The position numbers and the translations under genes were made by a program. This document shows, piece by piece, positions 9,566 through 18,256 of a DNA stretch of 49,682 bases (the stretch's first letter is position 1; each line of letters begins with the position of its first letter). This DNA is from an uncultured Methanosarcinales archaeon (GTDB lineage: Archaea; Nanobdellota; Nanobdellia; Woesearchaeales; JACPBV01), in the NCBI GenBank assembly GCA_964577685.1, contig CAZNZT010000010.1, forward strand, positions 1-49,682, in the 5' to 3' direction. The notes under the pieces are model-generated. The model had not been told where the DNA came from and did not search any database. It was given only the letters and a program-made list of their open reading frames with translations.

Positions 9566-9931
9566 ATGGATAAGCAAGAAGAAATTTTATTTGTAGGTAT
9601 AAAAGATGGAAAAGAGTTGCAAAGGAAAGTATTAGAGGCGTCAAAGGAAGTATTGGAAACCCTAAAAGACTATGAAAAATTTAAATCAATAAGAGAGAAA
9701 AAAATTGAAGAGATATCCAAACTAAAGGATGAAATCAGGTCTCTTAATTCTTTAACAAATAAACTTAAGTCTATATTACCCAAAGTTAAAATAAGTGGTA
9801 CAAAGAAGCAAGAAATCACCAAACCAAAGAAAGAACCAAAAGAAAAACCAAAACCAAAGAAAAAAACAGAGATAGAAAAATTAGAAGAAGAATTAAACCT
9901 AATAGAAAAAAAATTAAATGAGTTGTCATAA
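9566..9931 (+). CDS. Coiled-coil protein, third member of the operon
   Basis: SD AGGTGG; FVGI plus long heptad helix, Lys/Pro linker, C-terminal helix EIEKLEEELNLIEKKLNEL. Confidence 0.85.
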   Translation: MDKQEEILFVGIKDGKELQRKVLEASKEVLETLKDYEKFKSIREKKIEEISKLKDEIRSLNSLTNKLKSILPKVKISGTKKQEITKPKKEPKEKPKPKKKTEIEKLEEELNLIEKKLNELS

Positions 9932-9932
9932 G

Positions 9933-9957
9933 TTCTTTATTTTTGTTTTATTTTTAG
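9933..9957 (+). terminator. Probable archaeal U-rich terminator
   Basis: Consecutive T-tracts (ttctttatttttgttttattttt) directly after stop at 9931. Confidence 0.4.
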
Positions 9958-9996
9958 CAAATTTTTTAAAAAAGTGTGTTTTCTTATATTACTACT

Positions 9997-10175
9997 GCGG
10001 AGATGCCGGAGCGGCCAAACGGGATAGATTTTGGCAGCAAGGTGCTAAAAGTCCAAACTCAAGTTATTGAGTGATGAGGTCTCTAAAAAAGAGACCAATG
10101 AAGTGCTTTATGGGCCATCTATTGGCTTAGTGCCTGCGGGGGTTCGAATTAAAAACGAGAATCCCCCTCTCCGCA
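9997..10175 (+). tRNA. tRNA-Leu(CAA) with three BHB introns: 10028-10056 (30/31), 10064-10116 (37/38), 10149-10161 (59/60); CCA not encoded
   Basis: Acceptor GCGGAGA/TCTCCGC+A; D stem CCG/CGG; anticodon stem ATAGA/TCTAT with loop CTCAAGA after splicing; long variable arm GGC-TTAGT-GCC; T stem GGGGG/CCCCC; spliced length 84 nt; TTTTAAAA promoter about 9963-9971. Confidence 0.92.
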
Positions 10176-10222
10176 GTTTAAACAAACATTTTTATACTAA
10201 TTCTCAAATTTCCTAAACAAAA

Positions 10223-11560
10223 ATGATAGAACTCTGTGCAGTGGGAGGATATAATGAAGTTGGAAAAAACATGACAGCCATTAAGATAGATAATGAAGTA
10301 ATCATACTTGATATGGGTATACACCTTGATAATTATATAAGATATACCGAATCCGAAGAAGAGGATATCTCTAATATAAGTGTCAGAGAACTTATAAAAG
10401 CAGAAGCAATACCTGATGATTCTATAATAGAAAAATGGAGAGAAAATGTAAGGGCGATCATTCCTACACATGCGCATTTAGACCATGTAGGTGCTTTGAT
10501 TTTTTTGAGTAATAAATACAATGCATCAATTCTATGCACCCCATTGACAGCAGAAGTAATCAAATCAATATCCAAGGATGAAAAAATAAAATTAAAGAAC
10601 AATATAAAAAAACTAAATGTGAACTCAAAATACACTCTATCAAGAAATATTACAATTGAGTTCATTAACATAACCCATAGCATACCTCAAACAGTTCTTG
10701 TTGCTCTTCATACCAAGAGTGGAACAATCCTTTACGCTAATGATTTTAAGTTTGATAATCATCCCATAATAGGAAAAAAACCAGATTACAAAAGGCTAGA
10801 GGAATTAGGCAAAAGAGGTGTTGAAGTCCTTATATGTGATTGTACGAAAGCAAAGAAAGCAACAAAAACCCCATCTGAGCTTGTAGCAAAAGAGATGTTA
10901 AGAGATGTTATGCTTGGATTGAATACAAAAAATAAAGCAGTTATTGTAACAACCTTTGCGTCTCATCTAGCTAGACTGAAATCTATAATTGAGTTTGGGA
11001 AAAAAATGAATAGGAAGATAGTATTCCTAGGAAGAAGTTTAGGGAAATATGCAATGGCTGGGGAAAGAGCGGGTGTAATTAATTTTTCAAAAGATGTTGA
11101 GATTGTAAAGTTCGGAAAACAAATAAAAAAGAAATTGAAAAAAATAGAAAAACACGGTAGAGATAAATATTTGCTTGTAGTAACAGGACATCAGGGAGAA
11201 CCAAAATCAACATTAGTAAGAATGGTCAATGGTATACTACCATTTAACTTCTATATGGAAGACCATGTAATCTTTTCATGTAATGTTATCCCAACCAAGA
11301 CGAACATTGAAAATAGAACTTATTTGGAAAAAAAATTAAATCAATTTGGTGTGAGAGTCTTCAAGGATATCCACCAATCAGGTCATGCCTCAAAGGAAGA
11401 TCTGAGGGAATTGTTAAATCTAATAAAACCAAAACATCTTATACCTGCTCATGGTGAACCAGATATGAAAATGGCACTAGTTGAGTTAGCAATTGAAAAA
11501 GGATACGAGTTAGACAAGACAGTTCATATAATAAACAATGGAGACTTCCTAAGTATCTAA
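10223..11560 (+). CDS. rnj: Ribonuclease J (beta-CASP metallo-beta-lactamase)
   Basis: GGYNEVGKNM, HAHLDHVGA, THSIP, NDFKFD, TGHQGEP, HQSGHA, IPAHGE. Confidence 0.95.
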   Translation: MIELCAVGGYNEVGKNMTAIKIDNEVIILDMGIHLDNYIRYTESEEEDISNISVRELIKAEAIPDDSIIEKWRENVRAIIPTHAHLDHVGALIFLSNKYNASILCTPLTAEVIKSISKDEKIKLKNNIKKLNVNSKYTLSRNITIEFINITHSIPQTVLVALHTKSGTILYANDFKFDNHPIIGKKPDYKRLEELGKRGVEVLICDCTKAKKATKTPSELVAKEMLRDVMLGLNTKNKAVIVTTFASHLARLKSIIEFGKKMNRKIVFLGRSLGKYAMAGERAGVINFSKDVEIVKFGKQIKKKLKKIEKHGRDKYLLVVTGHQGEPKSTLVRMVNGILPFNFYMEDHVIFSCNVIPTKTNIENRTYLEKKLNQFGVRVFKDIHQSGHASKEDLRELLNLIKPKHLIPAHGEPDMKMALVELAIEKGYELDKTVHIINNGDFLSI

Positions 11561-11575
11561 GTTTCCTAATTTAAA

Positions 11576-12178
11576 ATGAAAAAACTATATCCATTATTGT
11601 TTATCTTAATTTTGGTTTTACCACTTATTACTGCATCAAGTATATTCCTAAGAGACCATCTAAAAGAGGGAGAAAACAAAACATATATGCTCAAAGATGG
11701 AATTTATGTGCTTAATCTTGTGCTAGTATCTGATAGTAAAAAAGAAGCTATTTTCAAATTAAATGGCGAAATATCTAGTGGCATAGAAAAAGGAGAAAGT
11801 TATAGATTTAAAGATGGCTCGGAGATAGTAATAATGGACATATTATTAAATGAAGCTGGGGAAAAAGAAGATGAGGTTTATTATTACTTTTATGGTACTG
11901 GAAAGAACGCTTTACCATCAAAGAAAAAAAATAGAACAATTGTCAGGGATAATCTTAACAAATCTGATAAATTCTATTTAAATGACACAAGAAATATAGA
12001 TAACAATAGCAATATAACGATTATAAAAAATGAAAAACATGAAATAATAAAAACTTACAAGGAGTATAAGAACAATAAAAGTATACTGTATAAAATCATA
12101 TTATCCCTTATTTCTTTTTTTATTTTGTTGTTTCTTCTCTTTATTCTAAAAAATAAAAAATACAAAAACATATTCTAG
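11576..12178 (+). CDS. Secreted, C-terminally anchored surface protein (S-layer-like beta domain)
   Basis: Signal peptide (LITA-SS), beta-rich LKEGENKTY...FKLNGE...DILLNEAGE, Asn-rich linker with N-x-S/T sequons, C-terminal TM plus basic tail. Confidence 0.65.
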   Translation: MKKLYPLLFILILVLPLITASSIFLRDHLKEGENKTYMLKDGIYVLNLVLVSDSKKEAIFKLNGEISSGIEKGESYRFKDGSEIVIMDILLNEAGEKEDEVYYYFYGTGKNALPSKKKNRTIVRDNLNKSDKFYLNDTRNIDNNSNITIIKNEKHEIIKTYKEYKNNKSILYKIILSLISFFILLFLLFILKNKKYKNIF

Positions 12179-12474
12179 TGTTCTATTATCTTCTTTAACC
12201 TAGTGATTTTTTCTCTTAAACACTCCCTCCTTGGGGCACCAGTCAGAGATTTGTAAACTTCTCCTTTAAATTCGCATTCAAATAAAGAGTTATTACATAG
12301 ATTTATTATATCTGAAATCCCAGTCATATATTTACATGGTTCACCTACAGACAAATTTCTAATATATCTCTCAAATTCTTCTTTTGTTTCTTTTATTAGA
12401 TGGTTTAATTTATTTCTTCTAAATTCTTCTTGTTTTCTTTTGATCCTCTCCAAGTTAACCTTTGTATTATTCAA
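12175..12474 (-). CDS. Small hypothetical protein with four Cys
   Basis: 99-aa ORF filling the gap; GAGGGA upstream and TTTATATTTA promoter-like element; no family recognised. Confidence 0.55.
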   Translation of the reverse strand: MNNTKVNLERIKRKQEEFRRNKLNHLIKETKEEFERYIRNLSVGEPCKYMTGISDIINLCNNSLFECEFKGEVYKSLTGAPRRECLREKITRLKKIIEH

Positions 12475-12597
12475 TTTTATCCCTCATTTAAGTATACTCG
12501 ACCATAAATATAAAGATTACGTTTTTATTTCTAAAAAACCAAAAATTCACAAGTTTTATAAAAAGCTACAACTTTCTAAACCTTGGGTGATCCTAAC

Positions 12598-13572
12598 ATG
12601 AGGGCACTAATAACTGGTATAACCGGTCAAGATGGTTCCTATTTAGCAGAATTTTTATTAAAGAAAGGATACAAGGTTTATGGAATATATAGAAGATCAA
12701 GTATTGAAACATTTGAGAGGATATCGCATATAAGAGATAAAATAAATCTAATCTGTGCAGATTTAACAGATCAATCTTCTATCACAGAAGCAATAAAACA
12801 GGCAAAACCAGATGAGGTTTATAACCTCGCTGCCCAGAGTTTTGTTCCAACATCTTGGACCCAACCCATCCTAACGGGAGATGTAACAGCTTTGGGCGTT
12901 ACCAGAATTTTAGAAGCTATAAGGCATGTTAACCCGAATATTAAGTTTTACCAAGCCTCCTCAAGTGAGATGTTTGGGAAGGTACAAGAAACTCCTCAAA
13001 CAGAAAAAACCCCATTTTATCCGAGAAGTCCATATGGTGTTGCTAAGGTATATGCATTTTGGATGACAAAAAACTATAGGGAAAGCTATGGGATGTTTTG
13101 TGCTAATGGAATCCTGTTTAACCATGAATCACCAAGAAGAGGAAAACAATTTGTTACAAGGAAGATAACAGATTCTGCAGCAAAAATAAAACTAGGTTTG
13201 CAAAATAAATTATTTCTTGGGAATCTAGAAGCAAAGAGGGATTGGGGTTATGCTGGAGATTATGTTGAGGCAATGTGGTTGATGTTACAACATAATAAAC
13301 CAGATGATTTTGTTATTGCAACAGGGAAGACCCACTCAGTAAGGGAACTTTGCGAAGTTGCCTTTAATCATGTGGGATTAAACTACGAGGATTATGTTAA
13401 AATAGATCCAAAATTTTTAAGGCCAGCAGAAGTTGATTTATTGGTAGGGGATTACTCAAAAGCAAAAAAGGAACTAGGGTGGGAGCCAAAAATAAAATTT
13501 AAGGAACTAATAGAGATGATGGTTGATGCAGATTTAGAAAGAAATAAAAGATTATTAAAAGAAAGTTTTTAG
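12598..13572 (+). CDS. gmd: GDP-mannose 4,6-dehydratase
   Basis: [71 protein letters not shown] before ATG 12598. Confidence 0.96.
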   Translation: MRALITGITGQDGSYLAEFLLKKGYKVYGIYRRSSIETFERISHIRDKINLICADLTDQSSITEAIKQAKPDEVYNLAAQSFVPTSWTQPILTGDVTALGVTRILEAIRHVNPNIKFYQASSSEMFGKVQETPQTEKTPFYPRSPYGVAKVYAFWMTKNYRESYGMFCANGILFNHESPRRGKQFVTRKITDSAAKIKLGLQNKLFLGNLEAKRDWGYAGDYVEAMWLMLQHNKPDDFVIATGKTHSVRELCEVAFNHVGLNYEDYVKIDPKFLRPAEVDLLVGDYSKAKKELGWEPKIKFKELIEMMVDADLERNKRLLKESF

Positions 13573-13777
13573 GCACCCTCTAAATATATTTAAGGATCGG
13601 CCTTGATTAATGGGAGTTACTGATATTAAAAGAGTTTCTAGATGATAAGCAGTTGAATTCTATGATAAAATCTATATTGCACCAGCCTATGTCCAATATC
13701 CACTATTTTTACTAGATAAAAACTTTGCTTAATAAAACTAAAAATATTTAAAAGAAGATTATAACCCATACCCTAAA

Positions 13778-14794
13778 ATGAATATAATAATTAGAGCAGA
13801 CAGGAAAATAGGAAAAATAGTTATTGCAACTTATAAATTTAAGGGTAAAAAAATAATAGATAGAATAATTAATTTCTTGCTAGGTTTAGGTCAAAAAGAG
13901 CTCTATATTATTTCAGATAGAGATCTAAATATTAGAGGTGTGAAAAATATTTCTGTTTCGGAATTAGAATCATTAAAAAATAAAGGAGTAATAGATTTAA
14001 GATTCACATACGATTGTAGAAAACTAAAAAAGTTAATTGCAAAAAAGAAATCTTTTAATAAAGCAATAATACTAGAAAACAGAAGTATTGGTGATATTAA
14101 AAATTTTGGTTGTTTGTATGAAAGAAAAGAATGGAATCCAATCTCCCAATTTTATTTAGAACCATTAGGAGAAAAAATTGCCTTTTGGATGAGAAATACT
14201 AAGATAACACCCAATTCTGTTACTTTTCTGAATATTTTCTTGAGTATGTTTGCATCCATTCTTATATTTTTTGGAGGTAGAGTAAACTTAATCTTTTTTG
14301 GTCTGTGGGTTAGGATTTTTCATATGTTGGATATAGTAGATGGCCAACTTGCGAGACTTAAAAATCAGGGGACTACATTTGGGAAATGGATTGACGGTGG
14401 GGCAGACCGGTTTGTAGTTGGGATGTGGTATATTGTGATTATCATAACTTTGTATTTCAAACTGAATAGTGTGTTTTTCTTATTTGTAGGACTAATCCTG
14501 CTCTTTGGGGCGTACTTATATAATTACCTTTTACTGACATCTGTAGCCTACTTTAGGAATTTTAACTTTGAGTATAAATCTAACAGCAGAACTAAGAAAA
14601 ATCCTTTTGTAAAATTTTTCCTATTATTTATAAATCATGATATCCAAATGCACCTTTTGACAATCTCTGCATGGTTAGATATGCTAGGATGGTACATAAT
14701 CTTTTATGGAATTTATTTTAATTCGATGTGGTTTATGTATTTCATTTTTTATTTTACAAAATATTTAAGGGAAGGAGATATTAAAGAGGTCTAA
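13778..14794 (+). CDS. CDP-alcohol phosphotransferase family protein with extra N-terminal soluble domain
   Basis: ITPNSVT and DIVDGQLAR...GKWIDGGAD signature; TM helices. Confidence 0.9.
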   Translation: MNIIIRADRKIGKIVIATYKFKGKKIIDRIINFLLGLGQKELYIISDRDLNIRGVKNISVSELESLKNKGVIDLRFTYDCRKLKKLIAKKKSFNKAIILENRSIGDIKNFGCLYERKEWNPISQFYLEPLGEKIAFWMRNTKITPNSVTFLNIFLSMFASILIFFGGRVNLIFFGLWVRIFHMLDIVDGQLARLKNQGTTFGKWIDGGADRFVVGMWYIVIIITLYFKLNSVFFLFVGLILLFGAYLYNYLLLTSVAYFRNFNFEYKSNSRTKKNPFVKFFLLFINHDIQMHLLTISAWLDMLGWYIIFYGIYFNSMWFMYFIFYFTKYLREGDIKEV

Positions 14795-14806
14795 GTGTGA
14801 TCGAAA

Positions 14807-16723
14807 TTGTGTGGTATAACTGGTTTTTATACACTTAGGGGGAAACATAGAATAGATAAAAGAGTCATAAAAATTATGACTTCTTCACTCAAGCACAGAG
14901 GTCCTGATGATTTTGGGATATATGTTGATGAAAAAATAGCTCTTGGACATAGGAGACTCAAAATAATTGATTTAACCAATAAGGGCCGCCAACCAATGTC
15001 TGATTCTAATAGGGAAGTTTTTATTGTTTTTAATGGTGAGATATACAATTTCCTTGAGATAAGAAAAGAATTAATTAAGAATGGTTATAAATTTAACTCC
15101 AAATCAGATACAGAAGTGATTATATACGCCTATAAAGAGTGGGGAATAGATGCCATACATAGATTTAATGGAATGTTTGCATTTGGATTATATGACAAAG
15201 AAAAAAATTTATTTTATCTTGTCAGAGATAGGTTAGGAATAAAACCACTTTATTATACTATCTTCAATAATAAACTTATATTTTCTTCAGAGATAAAGTC
15301 AATATTGAAATATCCAATGTTTAAAAAAGAACCAAATTTAGAAGCAATAAGCAGCTATCTTTCATACAGGTATGTCATTGGAGAAGAAACCTTCTTTAAG
15401 AACATCTATTCACTCCTACCGGGATATTATTTAAAGATAGAAGAAGGAAAAATAAGCAAAGTAGAATATTGGGACATACCAATAATAAAGAATAAAAAAG
15501 ATATGGGGAAAGAATATTATATGAAAAAACTTAAAGAATTACTGATACGTTCTATAAAGTTAAGAATGATTAGCGATGTTCCATTGGGTGCTTTTTTAAG
15601 TGGGGGACTCGATTCTAGTATTATCGTAGCAATAATGTCTCAAATAAAAAAAGAGAAGATAAAAACTTATTCTATAGCATTTAAACAAAAAGAATTCAAT
15701 GAACTAAACTATGCAAAGCTTATAGCCGACAGATACAAAACAAATCATAGGGAGATAATCATTGATGCTAAAAAATATCTTAAAACTATGAAAGAACTAA
15801 TAAGGTATAAAGATGCACCACTAGCCGTACCTAATGAAATCCCGTTATACCTCATGTCGAAAGTTCTAAAGAGAGATATAACAGTTGTTCTCTCTGGTGA
15901 AGGCGCAGATGAAATTTTTTATGGTTATGGAAGGCTATTTAGAAGTCCTTTTGATTATTATAGATTGAAAAAAATACCATACTCCATTAGAAAATTATTT
16001 TTTAAATCACTAATCAAGAAATATGAAAATAGGAAATTGGATAATGAGATAGACCATTTTTTATTCCTCTATAATTATTTTCCTTTAAATGAGAAGAAAT
16101 TTATATTCAATAAATATATGAACGAACTTATAAAAAATGATTATAAATTGAGAAAAATTTTTTACTCATATTTTAATAGGATAACTAATCTAAACTATTA
16201 TGATAAAATCAGTTATGTGTTTGAGAAAATTCACTTAGTGGGCCTTTTAGGGAGAGTTGATAATTCAACAATGGCGACTGCTGTTGAGGCTAGGGTGCCT
16301 TTTGTTGATCATAACCTAGTTGAATTTGCTTTTTCTATCCCTCATAAATACAAACTAAAATGGAAATCACTGTTCCTCTTTCTAAAAGCTATCTTCAAGA
16401 ATACGGATGAAATAAGTGAGAATTTAGACACAACAAAGTATATACTAAGAGAAACCTTTAAAAAAGATATTCCATTAGATATATTAAAAAGAAAAAAGAA
16501 AGGTTTCCCAGTACCGTTAGATTTATGGTTTAAAGGAGATTTTATTAATTATGCGAGAAATATGCTCTTAGACAAGAATGCAAGAATCAAAAAGATATTA
16601 GATCAGAAAAAACTTGGACAGTGGATTGAAAAAAACATCGCTAAAGGGGATGAGGACAAGTTTGGTCAAAAACTTTGGATGATACTTAATGTTGAAATTT
16701 GGTTAAGAGAATATTTTGGTTGA
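14807..16723 (+). CDS. asnB: Asparagine synthase (glutamine-hydrolysing)-like amidotransferase, probably glycan-amidating
   Basis: TTG start, MCGI, HRGPD, NGEIYNF, LSGGLDSS, SGEGADE, EARVPF, KKGF.VP. Confidence 0.93.
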   Translation: MCGITGFYTLRGKHRIDKRVIKIMTSSLKHRGPDDFGIYVDEKIALGHRRLKIIDLTNKGRQPMSDSNREVFIVFNGEIYNFLEIRKELIKNGYKFNSKSDTEVIIYAYKEWGIDAIHRFNGMFAFGLYDKEKNLFYLVRDRLGIKPLYYTIFNNKLIFSSEIKSILKYPMFKKEPNLEAISSYLSYRYVIGEETFFKNIYSLLPGYYLKIEEGKISKVEYWDIPIIKNKKDMGKEYYMKKLKELLIRSIKLRMISDVPLGAFLSGGLDSSIIVAIMSQIKKEKIKTYSIAFKQKEFNELNYAKLIADRYKTNHREIIIDAKKYLKTMKELIRYKDAPLAVPNEIPLYLMSKVLKRDITVVLSGEGADEIFYGYGRLFRSPFDYYRLKKIPYSIRKLFFKSLIKKYENRKLDNEIDHFLFLYNYFPLNEKKFIFNKYMNELIKNDYKLRKIFYSYFNRITNLNYYDKISYVFEKIHLVGLLGRVDNSTMATAVEARVPFVDHNLVEFAFSIPHKYKLKWKSLFLFLKAIFKNTDEISENLDTTKYILRETFKKDIPLDILKRKKKGFPVPLDLWFKGDFINYARNMLLDKNARIKKILDQKKLGQWIEKNIAKGDEDKFGQKLWMILNVEIWLREYFG

Positions 16724-16728
16724 TAGAA

Positions 16729-17511
16729 ATGCAAAAGAGTATAATAAAAACTTATTGGGAAAAAAGACTCCCCCAAAGGTGGTATTCCAACAAAAAACCA
16801 GGCACAAAAGAATATTATGATGAAATTACATTCAAAAGGTACAATGAACACTTCCCTTATCTCGAAGAGGTAGCCGAATTTAATAAACATGCTGGTGAAA
16901 AAGTTCTTGAGGTTGGTGTAGGTATCGGAACAGATCTCCTTCAATATGCAAAGTATGGATCAATCTGTTATGGGATAGACCTAACAGAGACAGCAATTAA
17001 AATCACGAAAAAGCGTTTTAAGATGTATGGGTTAAAAGCTCAGCTTCAAGTTGCTGATTGTGAGAATTTACCTTTTGATAACAACTTTTTTGATCTTGTT
17101 TATAGCATGGGTGTCCTTCACCATACTAATGATACCCAAAAAGGAGTCAACGAAGTGTATAGGGTTTTAAAGCCAGGGGGCAAAGCTATTATTTGGTTGT
17201 ATGGAAAAGATTGGTGGTATTACTTCTTTGTACCAATATACCATGGTTTGCTTCAAGGAGAGCTTTTCAAGATGCCATATAGGAAAATGATTAATAAACA
17301 TAAAGAAATAGAGGGGAATTGTCCTATTGCTAGACATTATACCCCAAAAGAAGCAATAGCAATGTTCACAAAATTTAGAAAAGCGGATCTCTACAAACAT
17401 AGGGGCCCGGCAACTTTAGGAAATAGATTTCTTGTATTAAATCGTGCTTTCTGCAAAATAATGAACAAACTTTTTCCAGGTGGGGGAATGACCATAAAAG
17501 CAATAAAATGA
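16729..17511 (+). CDS. Class I SAM-dependent methyltransferase
   Basis: VLEVGVGIGTD, GIDLT, LPFDNNFFDLVYSMGVLHH, RVLKPGG. Confidence 0.92.
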   Translation: MQKSIIKTYWEKRLPQRWYSNKKPGTKEYYDEITFKRYNEHFPYLEEVAEFNKHAGEKVLEVGVGIGTDLLQYAKYGSICYGIDLTETAIKITKKRFKMYGLKAQLQVADCENLPFDNNFFDLVYSMGVLHHTNDTQKGVNEVYRVLKPGGKAIIWLYGKDWWYYFFVPIYHGLLQGELFKMPYRKMINKHKEIEGNCPIARHYTPKEAIAMFTKFRKADLYKHRGPATLGNRFLVLNRAFCKIMNKLFPGGGMTIKAIK

Positions 17512-18248
17512 AAGTAATCTTATTATCTGCAGGAAAAGGTCTAAGGATGATGCCCTTGACCAAAAATACTCCCAAATGTTTACTTCATGTAGGTAACGGT
17601 TTGACCGTCCTAGAAACACAACTTGAGATTATAAAAGAAACTCCAAAGATAAGAGAGATCATAATTGTAACAGGGTATCTAAGTGAACAGATAGAAGCAA
17701 AGGTAAAGAAATATAAAAATAAACTTAATATAAAAATAGTATATAATCCTTTTTATGACATATCAAATAACTTAGTTTCTCTATGGTTTGCTAAACATGA
17801 GATGGATAGTGATTTTATAATAATAAATGGAGATAACATATTCAAAAGATGTGTTTTGAATAAATTGATAGAAGCAAAAAGAGATATGTGTATGGTAATT
17901 GACAAAAAAAAGCAATACAATATTGATGATATGAAGGTAACAATTGAGGGGGATAGAATCAAGAGGGTAAGTAAAGAAATTGAAATGGATAAAATAGATG
18001 GAGAATCAGTAGGAATAATGAAGTTTCAAAATGGAGCAAATAGAGTAATAAAAAATATTCTTGAGAAAATGATTAGGGATAAAAAAAATTTAAATGTTTT
18101 TTATTTGGAGGCAATTAACAGACTAATAGAAGAAGGCTATGCAATGTATTATGTTGAAGTTGATGAGAATGATTGGGCAGAAATAGATTTTCATCCAGAT
18201 TATGAGTTGATTAAAAAGAATATTGAAAAATTCAATATTAAAGAGTAA
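17508..18248 (+). CDS. Phosphocholine-cytidylyltransferase (LicC)-like nucleotidyltransferase
   Basis: LSAGKGLRM.PLT..TPKCLL, YNPFY..SNNLVSLW, INGD, GESVGI, WAEIDF..D. Confidence 0.88.
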   Translation: MKVILLSAGKGLRMMPLTKNTPKCLLHVGNGLTVLETQLEIIKETPKIREIIIVTGYLSEQIEAKVKKYKNKLNIKIVYNPFYDISNNLVSLWFAKHEMDSDFIIINGDNIFKRCVLNKLIEAKRDMCMVIDKKKQYNIDDMKVTIEGDRIKRVSKEIEMDKIDGESVGIMKFQNGANRVIKNILEKMIRDKKNLNVFYLEAINRLIEEGYAMYYVEVDENDWAEIDFHPDYELIKKNIEKFNIKE

Positions 18249-18256
18249 TAGCCAAA

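Noticed and set aside
8654..9931. Calling the trio ESCRT-III, CdvA, SNARE or prefoldin
   Set aside because: Only generic coiled-coil and amphipathic features match; no diagnostic motif, Vps4 or TM anchor.
10029..10050. Reading the tRNA anticodon as TTG (Gln) directly after ATAGA
   Set aside because: That segment is the inner stem of the 30/31 intron; the long variable arm, A73 and BHB geometry indicate Leu(CAA).
13573..13740. Unexplained spacer (similar ones at 6179-6310, 7265-7536 and 32530-32710) as ncRNA or gene relic
   Set aside because: No stable GC-rich stems, repeats or recognisable translation found.
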